DNA of 60,930 nt, taken from IMG/VR virus record IMGVR_UViG_3300032164_000015, positions 1-60,930 of that record. One strand, given 5' to 3'. Within the stretch, counting starts at the first letter, position 1; every line of letters starts with the position of its first letter. The position numbers were made by a program, and so were the translations under genes. A model generated the notes under the pieces. That model saw nothing but the letters and a program-made list of their open reading frames with translations. It was not told the origin of the DNA and searched no databases. Origin of the DNA: a virus (lineage: Duplodnaviria > Caudoviricetes). Below are positions 44,527 through 53,304 of the stretch, one piece after another.

Positions 44527-45020
44527 CAGAACGTCGAGAATTGGAAGAGGACCACGTTCTTGTTCGACCCGCCGCAGCAGAGACAGACCTTTGAAGTCGA
44601 GTTGTTCTCCACCGGGGCCTTTGGCTGCCCGTTTTTCCTCAGCGCGGGCGGCTTCGAGGGCGTGGCCCCAAGCGTGGGCGATTTCGCGGGGCTCTTCGTC
44701 GAGGGGGAGGTCAAGTTCCCGGCAGACGGAGGCGAGCTGTTCGAGGAATCCGGGGGAGCGAACGGGAGCCCGTCGTTTCTCACCTCGGTGGGCGTCATCT
44801 CCCGTCGGTAGCCGCTGTCGTCGCTTACGTTCTTTGAACGCTTCCCAGTTGCTGACCACGATGCCCCGCTCGTTTTTCTCTCGATTTCCCATGACTTGAT
44901 CTCCACGATGTTGACCCCGGCAGGCGTCAGAGCCTCGACGTAAACCAGCTTCTTCGCGCCGCCCGAGTCCGTGCCCTTGTAGTAGGCCCCCGGCTTCAAA
45001 TCCTTGTAGGCGATTCCCAT
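44505..45020 (-). CDS. Hypothetical protein with C-terminal Zn ribbon
   Basis: Leaderless promoter; CLCC..WCPNCE. Confidence 0.6.
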   Translation of the reverse strand: MGIAYKDLKPGAYYKGTDSGGAKKLVYVEALTPAGVNIVEIKSWEIERKTSGASWSATGKRSKNVSDDSGYRREMTPTEVRNDGLPFAPPDSSNSSPPSAGNLTSPSTKSPAKSPTLGATPSKPPALRKNGQPKAPVENNSTSKVCLCCGGSNKNVVLFQFSTFWCPNCEP

Positions 45021-45026
45021 AGTAGC

Positions 45027-45055
45027 GTAGTAGGAGGAGGGGTAGGGATTGTCAA
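45027..45055 (-). promoter_or_regulatory. Leaderless sigma70-like promoter
   Basis: TTGACA-17bp-TACTAC-6nt-ATG. Confidence 0.7.
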
Positions 45056-45072
45056 CTCACAGGAGCAACCAC

Positions 45073-45402
45073 ATGGGAACGAAGGTCTACGGAGCAAGCG
45101 ATGACCTCATCGAGTTCGAGGGGGACGTTCACGGCGAGGTTGGCTACTACGCGGCGGACAACGCCAACGAGGAGACCGACGCAACGCTGCTCGTCTTCGA
45201 CGACGGCACTCAGCTCGCAGTGCGCTACGGGAAGCCGGGGCTGGGCGGGGTGTGGCACATCACGGCGCTCCGCAAAGGTCCCCTGTTCGTGAGCATCGAC
45301 GTGTGCGAGGACGAGAACGCCGACCCCTACTCGGACGTGGCGCACTTCGCGACCGGCCTGAAGAGCTGCATCGCCGCGAAGAGCTGGGAGCGCGTGAAGT
45401 AG
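45073..45402 (+). CDS. Hypothetical phage protein
   Basis: AGGAG RBS; VYGASDDLIEFEG. Confidence 0.65.
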   Translation: MGTKVYGASDDLIEFEGDVHGEVGYYAADNANEETDATLLVFDDGTQLAVRYGKPGLGGVWHITALRKGPLFVSIDVCEDENADPYSDVAHFATGLKSCIAAKSWERVK

Positions 45403-45404
45403 TC

Positions 45405-45722
45405 ATGCACACCGAAATCACGAAGATGCCCCGGTGCCGCTGGTGCGACAAGGAGCCGGAGTTTACCCCCACCATCGCGGACACCTCGGTCTGTCAGCAT
45501 TGCGGAGCGATGCAGAGCCCAGCCCTCAAGCTCAGCGCCCCGGCGGGCAGGAAAACTCTGATGGTCTACCTGAATCCCGACGACGGGCTGTTCGTCGAGG
45601 TCGAGAAGCTGGATGGCTCGGTCGCGAGATTTACCTTCAGCCCCGAGCGACTGAAGAAAGCAGGCGTCCTGCACCAGTCGCCTGTGCCGCTCAACGGGAA
45701 GAAGCTCGACACCCCGCTGTAG
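45405..45722 (+). CDS. Hypothetical Zn-ribbon protein
   Basis: CRWC..CQHC. Confidence 0.55.
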   Translation: MHTEITKMPRCRWCDKEPEFTPTIADTSVCQHCGAMQSPALKLSAPAGRKTLMVYLNPDDGLFVEVEKLDGSVARFTFSPERLKKAGVLHQSPVPLNGKKLDTPL

Positions 45723-45725
45723 CGC

Positions 45726-46523
45726 CTACCAGAGGTCGTAGAAGTCGAGGCTGTTGTCCTTCATGAGAAGGCGTGTCCAGTTGGAGAGCTTCTGCTGGAT
45801 GAAGTTGCGAGGCTCGGTGTCGCTCGCACCCGACTTCGCGTACTTGTTCATCGCAGGCTCGACGAACTTGGTGTACGCGTGGAGCAACACCTTGTTGATG
45901 GCCGTCTTGCCACCGGCTGAGGGGTACGTCAGGTTCGTTTCGAGGTAGTCCAGCGCCTTCGCCGCCGCAGCGTTCAGCCCAACCGCCGCCTTCTTCGAGG
46001 CCAGCTTGTTGACCTGCGAGACCGTGTAGAGCTGCCAGTCGCTGGCGGAGAAGTTCGGTTTCGGAATCGAGACCGGCTTCGCCTTGAACGTGCCGGGCGG
46101 GTGTTGCTTCACGATGGCGTCGAGGTCGTCCGGCTCGTCCGCCTCGGGTTCATCAGGCGGCTCCGCGCCGGGACGGCCCGACGGACCGGGCTCCTTGAGA
46201 GCGCTTCCCATCTTCACCGCCTCTGCCGCGTTGTCGCTCGCGTAGAGCACGTACTTCTTCAGCTTGGTCTGGGTGACTTCCAGCCGGTGAAGCAGCTTCG
46301 TGAGGTCGCCCGCTTCAGCCGGGGTCATCTCGTGCGTGGCCTTGAGCAGCGTCGGCAACTGCGACTGCGCCGTGGCGAACGCTTTCGAGGCGGCCTTCAT
46401 CAGCTCGACCTGCTTCGACATCTCGATGGCGGCCACCGAGAGCGTCGTGGCTGCGTTCGTACGCGCGTCGCCGGAGCCTTCATTCAGCAGAGCGTGCATC
46501 TCGGTCAGGAGAGTCGTGTTCAT
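45726..46523 (-). CDS. Hypothetical protein, possible internal head protein
   Basis: N-terminus MNTTLLTEMHALLNEG; own -10-like TAGATC 6 nt before ATG. Confidence 0.6.
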   Translation of the reverse strand: MNTTLLTEMHALLNEGSGDARTNAATTLSVAAIEMSKQVELMKAASKAFATAQSQLPTLLKATHEMTPAEAGDLTKLLHRLEVTQTKLKKYVLYASDNAAEAVKMGSALKEPGPSGRPGAEPPDEPEADEPDDLDAIVKQHPPGTFKAKPVSIPKPNFSASDWQLYTVSQVNKLASKKAAVGLNAAAAKALDYLETNLTYPSAGGKTAINKVLLHAYTKFVEPAMNKYAKSGASDTEPRNFIQQKLSNWTRLLMKDNSLDFYDLW

Positions 46524-46535
46524 GGTGGTGATCTA

Positions 46536-46889
46536 TCACGGCTCATGCAGACGACGCGATTCCTCGTTGATGGCTCCAAGGACCTTATGGAGGCGGTTGA
46601 ACAGCGTCACGCGCATCGTCTTCCCGAAGCGCGCAGGAGACGGCTGCATCCCCGGAATCGGCTCCAGAATCTTGCAGAGCGTGTCGATTTCTCTGAACTT
46701 CAGGAAGTGGAGGTCGCAGTTCTCACCGCCGAACTCGGCGTGGTTCCGCATCCCGTAGAGGAAGCCCCCTTGCACGCCCACGCTCTGACAGTGGCGGTCG
46801 TAGTGCTCTGACGCGAGCTTCTGGAGGAACTCCACCTCTGGAAGCGTCATGCGGATCTCGGCGGAGATGTCGTACTGGAACTTGGTCAT
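46536..46889 (-). CDS. Hypothetical protein
   Basis: MTKFQY start, ATGA overlap. Confidence 0.55.
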   Translation of the reverse strand: MTKFQYDISAEIRMTLPEVEFLQKLASEHYDRHCQSVGVQGGFLYGMRNHAEFGGENCDLHFLKFREIDTLCKILEPIPGMQPSPARFGKTMRVTLFNRLHKVLGAINEESRRLHEP

Positions 46890-47329
46890 GGTCGCTTCTT
46901 CCCGTTCTTGTCGTAGCCGCCCGGCTTGTCGTAGTCCCCGCGCGCGACCGCGATTTGGTCCGTGATGAAACACTTCACGACGTGGTCGGGGCAGCGGTCC
47001 AGCAGGCTCTTCGCTTCGTCGAAGTCCTTCTGCCTCAGCGCCTTCTTCACGAGCGGCATGAAGTACGCCTCGACCTTCTTCGCAAGCGCTTCGTGCTCTC
47101 TGAGCGACTTCGTGTAGCTCGCCGTCAGCTCCAGCTCGTCTTCACTGATGAGCGCGTCGATGTTCCACGACCCAAAGAAGCCATCGTCCACCCCCTTGTC
47201 CAATCGCACGCCACCTTCGATGTCCGCGATGTGCGCGCGGATGGTGCGAACGCCCTCGTGCAGGTAGCCCTTCACCTTGACCTTCTTCCCGACTGCGAAC
47301 CTTGAAGGAACGGGACGGATGGATTTCAC
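46886..47329 (-). CDS. Hypothetical protein
   Basis: SH3-like N-terminus FAVGKKVKV. Confidence 0.5.
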   Translation of the reverse strand: MKSIRPVPSRFAVGKKVKVKGYLHEGVRTIRAHIADIEGGVRLDKGVDDGFFGSWNIDALISEDELELTASYTKSLREHEALAKKVEAYFMPLVKKALRQKDFDEAKSLLDRCPDHVVKCFITDQIAVARGDYDKPGGYDKNGKKRP

Positions 47330-47333
47330 GGAG

Positions 47334-47597
47334 TCACCCACAGACGTATTCGAGAGCTGCGTTGTAGACCTGCCGGGCGTCGCGAGCGCACTGCTCGACC
47401 GCCTTCTTGAGCGCGTCACGGTCCTCAGGGTTCAGCTCCCCCTTCAAGACCATGCCCTCCACGAGCTGCGCCGTGATGGTGCGGATCCGCTGCTTGTCGT
47501 GCTCGGAGTAGCCGTCGCCGAGCTTCATCTTCTCGCGCTTCTCCCAAAGCGGCCCGCTCGGAGCCGCCTTGGGTGTCTTCGTCTTCTTGGACTTCAC
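47334..47597 (-). CDS. Hypothetical protein
   Basis: GTGA overlap. Confidence 0.5.
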   Translation of the reverse strand: MKSKKTKTPKAAPSGPLWEKREKMKLGDGYSEHDKQRIRTITAQLVEGMVLKGELNPEDRDALKKAVEQCARDARQVYNAALEYVCG

Positions 47598-48391
47598 GGC
47601 AGCACCTCGGCCTCTTCCGCCGCCTGCGCCTTCACCGTCGCGTACGCCAGCTCCACCTTGAGCTGCGTGATGCGCTTGGTCAGGTACTCGTCGTCCTCGG
47701 TGTACCCACGGTCGTGGCTCTTCTTCAGCTCGTTCTCGTAGGAGTCGATCTGGTGCTGGTGCCCCACGACCTCCGCGAAGTGGGGGCCGATCTTCCGATC
47801 GTCCCAGATGACGGGCTGGTCTGCGTACTCCGTCGCGAGCGCTCGCCAAGCCGACGCCACCTCTGCCGGGAACGCGCGCAGCTTCTTGCAGTCCCGGTTC
47901 GGGCAGCGAATCATCAGCGAGCCCTTCCGCTCCACGACGAAGAAGGTGTCGAAGCGGCAGTGCGGGCACTTCTGGGCCGCGCCGATGAGCTTCAGCTCGG
48001 CGTCTCCGCACGCTCGACGACGAACGCCTTCCGCTTTCGCCTTTCGATGCGCCGCAGCCGCCAGCTCCTTCAGCGCTCGCAGGTCATCCATGTGGCGAGG
48101 CTCGGGGAACTCGTCCGAAGGCGGCATCCCTTGGTCGTTGGCGCTGTGCGAGGGGCCGGTGAACTCCGGGCGACCAAGCAGCTTGAAGCAGACCTTGTGG
48201 TAGAGGGCGAACTTGCCGTCCATATCGGCCAGCTCCGTGTTGCCCGTGGAGCCGCTCAGGTTGCCGTACCCGTCGTAGCTCCCCGACGCGGTGTCACCGT
48301 CTGAGCCCTGCACGACGGCCTTCCCCATCCAGCCGTGGCCCTCTCGAACCGAATGGTCGCAGCCTTTGCAGTCCCAAGAAAAGAAGCCCAT
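47594..48391 (-). CDS. Hypothetical Zn-binding protein
   Basis: MGFFSWDCKGC, YDGYG, HKVC, CPHC..CPNRDC; GGAGG RBS. Confidence 0.65.
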   Translation of the reverse strand: MGFFSWDCKGCDHSVREGHGWMGKAVVQGSDGDTASGSYDGYGNLSGSTGNTELADMDGKFALYHKVCFKLLGRPEFTGPSHSANDQGMPPSDEFPEPRHMDDLRALKELAAAAHRKAKAEGVRRRACGDAELKLIGAAQKCPHCRFDTFFVVERKGSLMIRCPNRDCKKLRAFPAEVASAWRALATEYADQPVIWDDRKIGPHFAEVVGHQHQIDSYENELKKSHDRGYTEDDEYLTKRITQLKVELAYATVKAQAAEEAEVLP

Positions 48392-48439
48392 GTGCCGCCT
48401 CCAGAAAGTGATGCCCGTTATCATCAGCAGGGGTCTCGA

Positions 48440-48488
48440 TTGTCAACCCGTCGAGGCGAGTTGACAACCGCCCGTCCGCCGATATGAC
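48440..48488. promoter_or_regulatory. Back-to-back divergent sigma70-like promoters
   Basis: TTGTCAAC (48440) and GTTGACAA (48460); plus strand TTGACA-16bp-TATGAC-6nt-ATG. Confidence 0.7.
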
Positions 48489-48494
48489 CGCCCC

Positions 48495-48806
48495 ATGCCT
48501 ACCAAGCCGAAGACCGTCGAAGTGGTGGTGTACCGGGTCGGAAAGCCTGCTCGCGTCGAGGCGATTCCGGACACCCTCGAAGCCCAGCAAGCCATCGTCG
48601 GCGGGGACATCAAGGACTGCATCCTCGACCACCTCACCGTCATCTACGGAGCGGAGGCGGCGGACACGGGCCAGCCGCCGAACCGGCAGGTTGGCCGCAT
48701 CTTCGTGCTCGGCAACTTCTTCATCTGCCGCACGGACGAAGAGGGCTGCACCGCGCCGCTCACGAAGAAGGACCGCGCCTTCCTGAAGAAGAACTACGCT
48801 CTCTGA
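48495..48806 (+). CDS. DUF3846-like protein
   Basis: TLEAQQAIVGGDI, PPNR, LGNFFIC. Confidence 0.65.
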   Translation: MPTKPKTVEVVVYRVGKPARVEAIPDTLEAQQAIVGGDIKDCILDHLTVIYGAEAADTGQPPNRQVGRIFVLGNFFICRTDEEGCTAPLTKKDRAFLKKNYAL

Positions 48807-48813
48807 GGTGAAC

Positions 48814-49059
48814 ATGGCAATCGAAGAGTTCAACAGAAGGGATTTCGAAAGTGCCGTGGCCTTCCTGTTTCACGCTGGGTGGTGTCCACGCGAAGAGCTG
48901 GCTCGCGTGGTGGTGACTCGTCTCAGCGAGGACAACACGAAGGGCGCGCGCGACTTCCTTCAGCACGACTGCGGCATCTCGGAAATCGACCTTGAGGGAA
49001 CGTCCCTCGACGAATTGCTCGACCTCGCCAAGGGGTGGCTTTGCGGAAAGCCGTGGTGA
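48814..49059 (+). CDS. Hypothetical protein
   Basis: GAGG RBS. Confidence 0.5.
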   Translation: MAIEEFNRRDFESAVAFLFHAGWCPREELARVVVTRLSEDNTKGARDFLQHDCGISEIDLEGTSLDELLDLAKGWLCGKPW

Positions 49060-49101
49060 AACTGATGCCTGAGGAAGACCGACGGACACCCAGAGACGCC
49101 C

Positions 49102-49437
49102 GTGGTTCCTGACACCTCACCCACGGTCCCGGTCAGCCGGGGCCGCTCGAACCCCATCTACACCGTCTCGTACTCGTCTCAGGACACGGCCACCGCGACG
49201 TGCGACCCGTGGCAGCAAACTCAGACCGCGACGTACTCCGGGTCCACGTACGTCGCGTACGCGAGCCCGCGCGCGGAGGTGGACTACGCGGCTCTGCTCA
49301 GGGAGTCCCGTCGGGCTGCGTCGATGGTGCCGCCCCCTCGGGAGAACCGGGCTCGTACGAAGCTCCACGTTCGCGCCAGACACGGTTTCCAGCAGATGTG
49401 TCGCTTGCCTTGCTACCGGGGCTCTCGGACGCGCTGA
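49102..49437 (+). CDS. Hypothetical protein
   Basis: 111 aa, fills the gap. Confidence 0.35.
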   Translation: MVPDTSPTVPVSRGRSNPIYTVSYSSQDTATATCDPWQQTQTATYSGSTYVAYASPRAEVDYAALLRESRRAASMVPPPRENRARTKLHVRARHGFQQMCRLPCYRGSRTR

Positions 49438-49453
49438 GAGGCGGCCAGAGCCC

Positions 49454-49699
49454 TCAGAAGGGAACGTCAGCGAAGTCCTCGGTCGGCACCAGCGCCTCGT
49501 CCGGGGTCGCGTAGGGACGGGTCGAGACCGTACGGTGGTTGTCGTGGTCTCGGCAGGGACAGGTGGTCGTGAGGTAGATGCACCGGCCCTCGTCGTCCAT
49601 CTCGTAGAAGATCTCCAAGATGCCGGTGTCCGCGCACTCGCCGCAGTCGATGTCGTCGGTAGCCATGCCCGGTACTGTTCTGGGGTCAGCCGTTGTCAA
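49454..49699 (-). CDS. Small acidic Zn-binding protein with DVPF tail
   Basis: CGEC..CPC; ends EDFADVPF. Confidence 0.5.
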   Translation of the reverse strand: MTTADPRTVPGMATDDIDCGECADTGILEIFYEMDDEGRCIYLTTTCPCRDHDNHRTVSTRPYATPDEALVPTEDFADVPF

Positions 49700-49911
49700 C
49701 GCTGGAGCGCTTGGAGTCGCTCGACCAGCTTCTCCGCCTCCTCCGCCGCGAGCTGGAGCGCCTTCACCTGCGAGGCCACCGCCATTGCCATCGTGGGATC
49801 GTCCTTGCGCAGCTCGACCTCCAGCGCAGCCAGAGCCGCCTCAGCCTTCCGGCCCTCCGTGACCAGTACGCCAAGAATCGCCCGCACGGTCTTCAGGTCT
49901 GAGGTCGCCAC
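49696..49911 (-). CDS. Hypothetical coiled-coil protein
   Basis: 71 aa. Confidence 0.5.
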   Translation of the reverse strand: MATSDLKTVRAILGVLVTEGRKAEAALAALEVELRKDDPTMAMAVASQVKALQLAAEEAEKLVERLQALQR

Positions 49912-49949
49912 CGGGTAGACCTAAAGGATCCTGCCCCGGAAGGCGAATT

Positions 49950-50672
49950 CTAGGACCCGATGCTCTGTTCCGAAGCCACCGTGGCGAGCGTGCGCTTCAT
50001 CTTCACGTCCGCTACGCCATCCATCGGAAGCTGCCACGCGCGCTCGAAAGCAAGGACGGCTTGCTGCGACCTCGGCCCAAGGTCCCCGTCGATGTCGCCG
50101 CCGTACATCTTCAGCTTCTTCAGCAGAACCTGAAGCTCGCGGTCGTCCGGCAGAAAACTCTGGCCGTACGTCGCCACCATCTTCGCCTCCACGCCCGCGC
50201 TCGTCACCACGCTCTTCTCACAGGCAGCCAACCACGGAGCCGCAGCCGCGCCCGTTCCGAAGTGGTTGTAGTGCCAATCCTCGGAGCCGCGCTGGTGGTC
50301 CTTGCGGTGGCAGTACCAGCCGTACGACGCCATCATCTCGTCGAACGCCTGCTTGGTCATTCCGAACGACTTGAGACAGGCGTCCGTCGCCACGTCGATG
50401 GAGAAGCCGAAGTTGTGCCCCGAGTAGCCGGGAGGCTGCACGCCGGACTTCGTCATCATCGCCTGAAGGCTGGCCTCGGGAGAGCGAAACATGTCGGAGC
50501 ACCGCAGCTTCTTCCCCGTGCCTGCCTCGACCGCCAAGAAGGCCGGAACCGCGTCAGGGTGGAGCAGAGCCGCGCTCGGCGGGAAGTAGTCCCCCGCAGG
50601 TACTCCGCCAATGGGCTTGGTGCCGTAGATTCCCAGCACGCCCGGCACTCGCTTCAGCAGCATCGTCAGCAT
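49950..50672 (-). CDS. Endolysin: M15 Zn peptidase plus C-terminal peptidoglycan-binding domain
   Basis: DMFRS, PPGYSGHNFGFSID, EDWHY; LQVLL..IDGDLGPRSQQAVLAFE..DGVAD. Confidence 0.9.
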   Translation of the reverse strand: MLTMLLKRVPGVLGIYGTKPIGGVPAGDYFPPSAALLHPDAVPAFLAVEAGTGKKLRCSDMFRSPEASLQAMMTKSGVQPPGYSGHNFGFSIDVATDACLKSFGMTKQAFDEMMASYGWYCHRKDHQRGSEDWHYNHFGTGAAAAPWLAACEKSVVTSAGVEAKMVATYGQSFLPDDRELQVLLKKLKMYGGDIDGDLGPRSQQAVLAFERAWQLPMDGVADVKMKRTLATVASEQSIGS

Positions 50673-50681
50673 TCGCGCTCC

Positions 50682-51173
50682 TCAGTGACCCGCGTCCACC
50701 ACAGGGGCTTCGGCGCGGTCCAGTTTCGACTTCCCGCTCTTCGGTCCCGGTCCACCCATCGGCCCCGGCCCACCCATCCAGCTCATCGCAGGCGACTTGA
50801 GCGTTGCTGGTTTTGACCGAGCCTGCAACATGTCCATGCGCAGCTCGTCAATCTGTTCCGCCTTGTTCTTCATCTCCTTCGTCCGCTTCACCAACGCGTC
50901 CATGCGGTCGTTGACCACGTCGAGCTTCATCACCGTCACGTCGTACTCGCGCGCGTCGATCTTGGTTCGAACCCAGTCGGGCCGCTGGCACTCCGAGAGC
51001 ACGCGAGCGTCCACGGCGTCCATGACTTCAACGCGTAGCTGCGTGCGCTCGTAGATTCCGGCGCACACCCAGACCAAGGTGATGAGACCTGCGAAGAAGA
51101 CGATCTTCAGCACGAGCCAAATCAGCGGTCTGAACAAGTCATCGAACAACGAGTTCGTCGGGTCAGGCTTCAT
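50682..51173 (-). CDS. Single-TM coiled-coil protein upstream of the endolysin
   Basis: LIWLVLKIVFFAGLITLVWVCAGI. Confidence 0.6.
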   Translation of the reverse strand: MKPDPTNSLFDDLFRPLIWLVLKIVFFAGLITLVWVCAGIYERTQLRVEVMDAVDARVLSECQRPDWVRTKIDAREYDVTVMKLDVVNDRMDALVKRTKEMKNKAEQIDELRMDMLQARSKPATLKSPAMSWMGGPGPMGGPGPKSGKSKLDRAEAPVVDAGH

Positions 51174-51455
51174 TCATCGTTTCCTCAGAGCGGCCCGAAC
51201 GAGCTGAAGAGCAGCTCGTCCTTTCTTGGTGCTGCGAACTTCTCGGTCCGACAGCAGGCCCTCCAGTCTCTTGAGGAGTACCGGGGGCAAGGGGAGGCGG
51301 AGAGTACCAGCTTTCCTGCGGATCTCAGCTACACCCCAAGCCGTTGTTTCCTTTGGATCGTCAGCGACCGCATTGCGAATATCGAGCAACCAAATCAGCG
51401 CGTCCGACCGTGAATCGCACAACCTACCTACCACCGTGAAAGTCCGTTTCCGCAC
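51174..51455 (-). CDS. Hypothetical protein
   Basis: 93 aa basic. Confidence 0.4.
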   Translation of the reverse strand: MRKRTFTVVGRLCDSRSDALIWLLDIRNAVADDPKETTAWGVAEIRRKAGTLRLPLPPVLLKRLEGLLSDREVRSTKKGRAALQLVRAALRKR

Positions 51456-51495
51456 GCTACCCCCAGATCCAGAGTTCAGCTTCTCCCAGCGCCAG

Positions 51496-51933
51496 CTACC
51501 CGCACACGTCTTCGAGGAATTCCCAAAAGCTGGTTCCCCACTTCTCGGACCACCCGCGTTTTCGCGCGAGGGCTTCCATCCGTCGATACGCCTCTTCCAT
51601 CTGACCTATCTCGGCGACCTTGCGGAGGGCAACCTCTGCTTTCTCGATTTCGATCTCCGCCGCCGACAGCGCTTCGTCCTCCGAGAGAGGTTTCGTGGTG
51701 ATGGTTCGCGCGACTTCTAGATCCGTCGGTAGCAGGTTCTCACCCGCACTCGCCAACGACTCGGCGTACAACGACAGCTCGGGGGCCACAGTGGTGAACA
51801 GCTCGGCCCATGTCTTCGGAGCGATGGTCAGCGCCCCGTTGAGCGCGATGGAGGGTATCGAGTCGTGAACGATTTTGCGCACGAGTTTTCTCAGGCGCAC
51901 TGCCTCGTAAACGAGCTTGAGAACCTCGACCAT
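51496..51933 (-). CDS. Hypothetical protein
   Basis: 145 aa. Confidence 0.55.
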   Translation of the reverse strand: MVEVLKLVYEAVRLRKLVRKIVHDSIPSIALNGALTIAPKTWAELFTTVAPELSLYAESLASAGENLLPTDLEVARTITTKPLSEDEALSAAEIEIEKAEVALRKVAEIGQMEEAYRRMEALARKRGWSEKWGTSFWEFLEDVCG

Positions 51934-51964
51934 CGAAGCGCACCTCGATCGACTCCTTGTTACG

Positions 51965-52504
51965 TCATTTCAGGAGCGCGGTGTACTTCGCGAACACGCT
52001 CATGAGACTCGGAGGACCTCGGGCAGCACGCTTCGTTCCTTCCCAGACCAGCAAAATGAGGTGCTTCTTCGCTACCCGGTCGAGCAGCTTCTTTCCGTGC
52101 CAGCTCGTGAATCCGCCCGGCACAACTTCACGCGCGTGGAAGAACTGAACCCCGGTGGCCTTCGTGAACGCCCCCTCGGGCCGCATCGCCGACCACTCCA
52201 AGAGGACGCCGCACTTGTCAGGTCTCTCCTCTTCGCGGAGCAGAGGAAACAGCGCCACCTTCGGGAAAGGCAGCGGTACGTCCTTCGGCTCACCCAGTAG
52301 CGTGTGACCTTGCTGAATCGGGAGGAGGACGTTGATCTCGGCGAGCCAGTGGCAACTGTACTCGGCGCACTCCGTCGGACGCGTCGCGTAGACGGAACAG
52401 CCCTTCTCACACTGGTTCGGACAGGTCTGGTACTCGGGCTTGCTGATGGTGGGAATGCGCAGCGTCGAGCAGCACGCCGTGCAGCCACCGCATTCGCGGG
52501 TCAT
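51965..52504 (-). CDS. YkgJ-family Cys-cluster protein
   Basis: CGGCTACC, GCSVYATRPTECAEYSCHWL, RPDKCG. Confidence 0.75.
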   Translation of the reverse strand: MTRECGGCTACCSTLRIPTISKPEYQTCPNQCEKGCSVYATRPTECAEYSCHWLAEINVLLPIQQGHTLLGEPKDVPLPFPKVALFPLLREEERPDKCGVLLEWSAMRPEGAFTKATGVQFFHAREVVPGGFTSWHGKKLLDRVAKKHLILLVWEGTKRAARGPPSLMSVFAKYTALLK

Positions 52505-52510
52505 GCGAAG

Positions 52511-52539
52511 CTAATATCAACAGGCTAAGCGATTGTCAT
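52511..52539 (-). promoter_or_regulatory. Leaderless sigma70-like promoter
   Basis: ATGACA-17bp-TATTAG-6nt-ATG. Confidence 0.55.
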
Positions 52540-52545
52540 CCCCAG

Positions 52546-53304
52546 CTATCGGCGCGGGAAGATGGGAACCTTCTGGCCTTCGGAGAAAATCGCAGAGACC
52601 TTCGCGTTGAAAAGGCCGCAGTTGCGAGCGGCGGGAGCGCTCCAGAAACAGGGCTTGCCGTTCTGCTTCTGGTTGCCGCAGGTGCCGAAGCACTCGCCGG
52701 GGCGAAGGTTTCCGGGTGCGCCAACGCGCAGGTGAACACAGGGGTGCTCGTTGACGCGAACAGCCTCCTCGGTCCGGGCGTTGCGAGCCTCGGGCGTGGA
52801 CTGGCTGGCAACCTTCTGGTCAATCCTCGCGTTCAGAGCAGGCATCGAGTCCACCGGCATCGCGGGTCGAGGTGGTGGGCTGAGCGGGTGCGACGCCTTC
52901 AGGGTCTGGGCCTGCGGACCTTCCCCGCGCGGAGGCGGCTGGTAGGGAGGCAGCTTGTCCGGGGACTCGAAGAGCATCGCGCGCTTGAGCGCGATGTCCA
53001 CGTTGGCGGCGACGTTGGACGGAAGCGGGTTCTTCGGGAGCCTCGGAATCGCCACCGCAACCTCCATGCTGACCGGGAGGGTCGGCGCGGGGGCGGGCTC
53101 CGTGATGGTTGAGGGTGGGGGCTCGACCGGGGGTGGGGGCTCGACGGGTGCAGGCTCGTCAGGTGAGCCGAGCTTCGCTCGAATCCACTCAGAGAGCGTC
53201 ACGCCCTTGGCGGCGGCGGCCTCCTTGAATCCTTCCATCTCTTCCGCACCAACCTCTGCGCTGATCTTCGGCTTCTTCGCCACGATGTCTCCCCACCAAC
53301 TCAC
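52546..53304 (-). CDS. Ribbon-helix-helix-like N-terminus, Pro-rich linker, Cys-rich C-terminus
   Basis: FKEAAAAKGVTLSEWIR. Confidence 0.55.
   Translation of the reverse strand: MSWWGDIVAKKPKISAEVGAEEMEGFKEAAAAKGVTLSEWIRAKLGSPDEPAPVEPPPPVEPPPSTITEPAPAPTLPVSMEVAVAIPRLPKNPLPSNVAANVDIALKRAMLFESPDKLPPYQPPPRGEGPQAQTLKASHPLSPPPRPAMPVDSMPALNARIDQKVASQSTPEARNARTEEAVRVNEHPCVHLRVGAPGNLRPGECFGTCGNQKQNGKPCFWSAPAARNCGLFNAKVSAIFSEGQKVPIFPRR

Noticed and set aside
44527-44892. Long N-terminal extension of the receiver protein as a dual-coding overlap
   Set aside because: Overlaps 44505-45020, which has a clear promoter; a GTG at 44526 explains the REC domain without it
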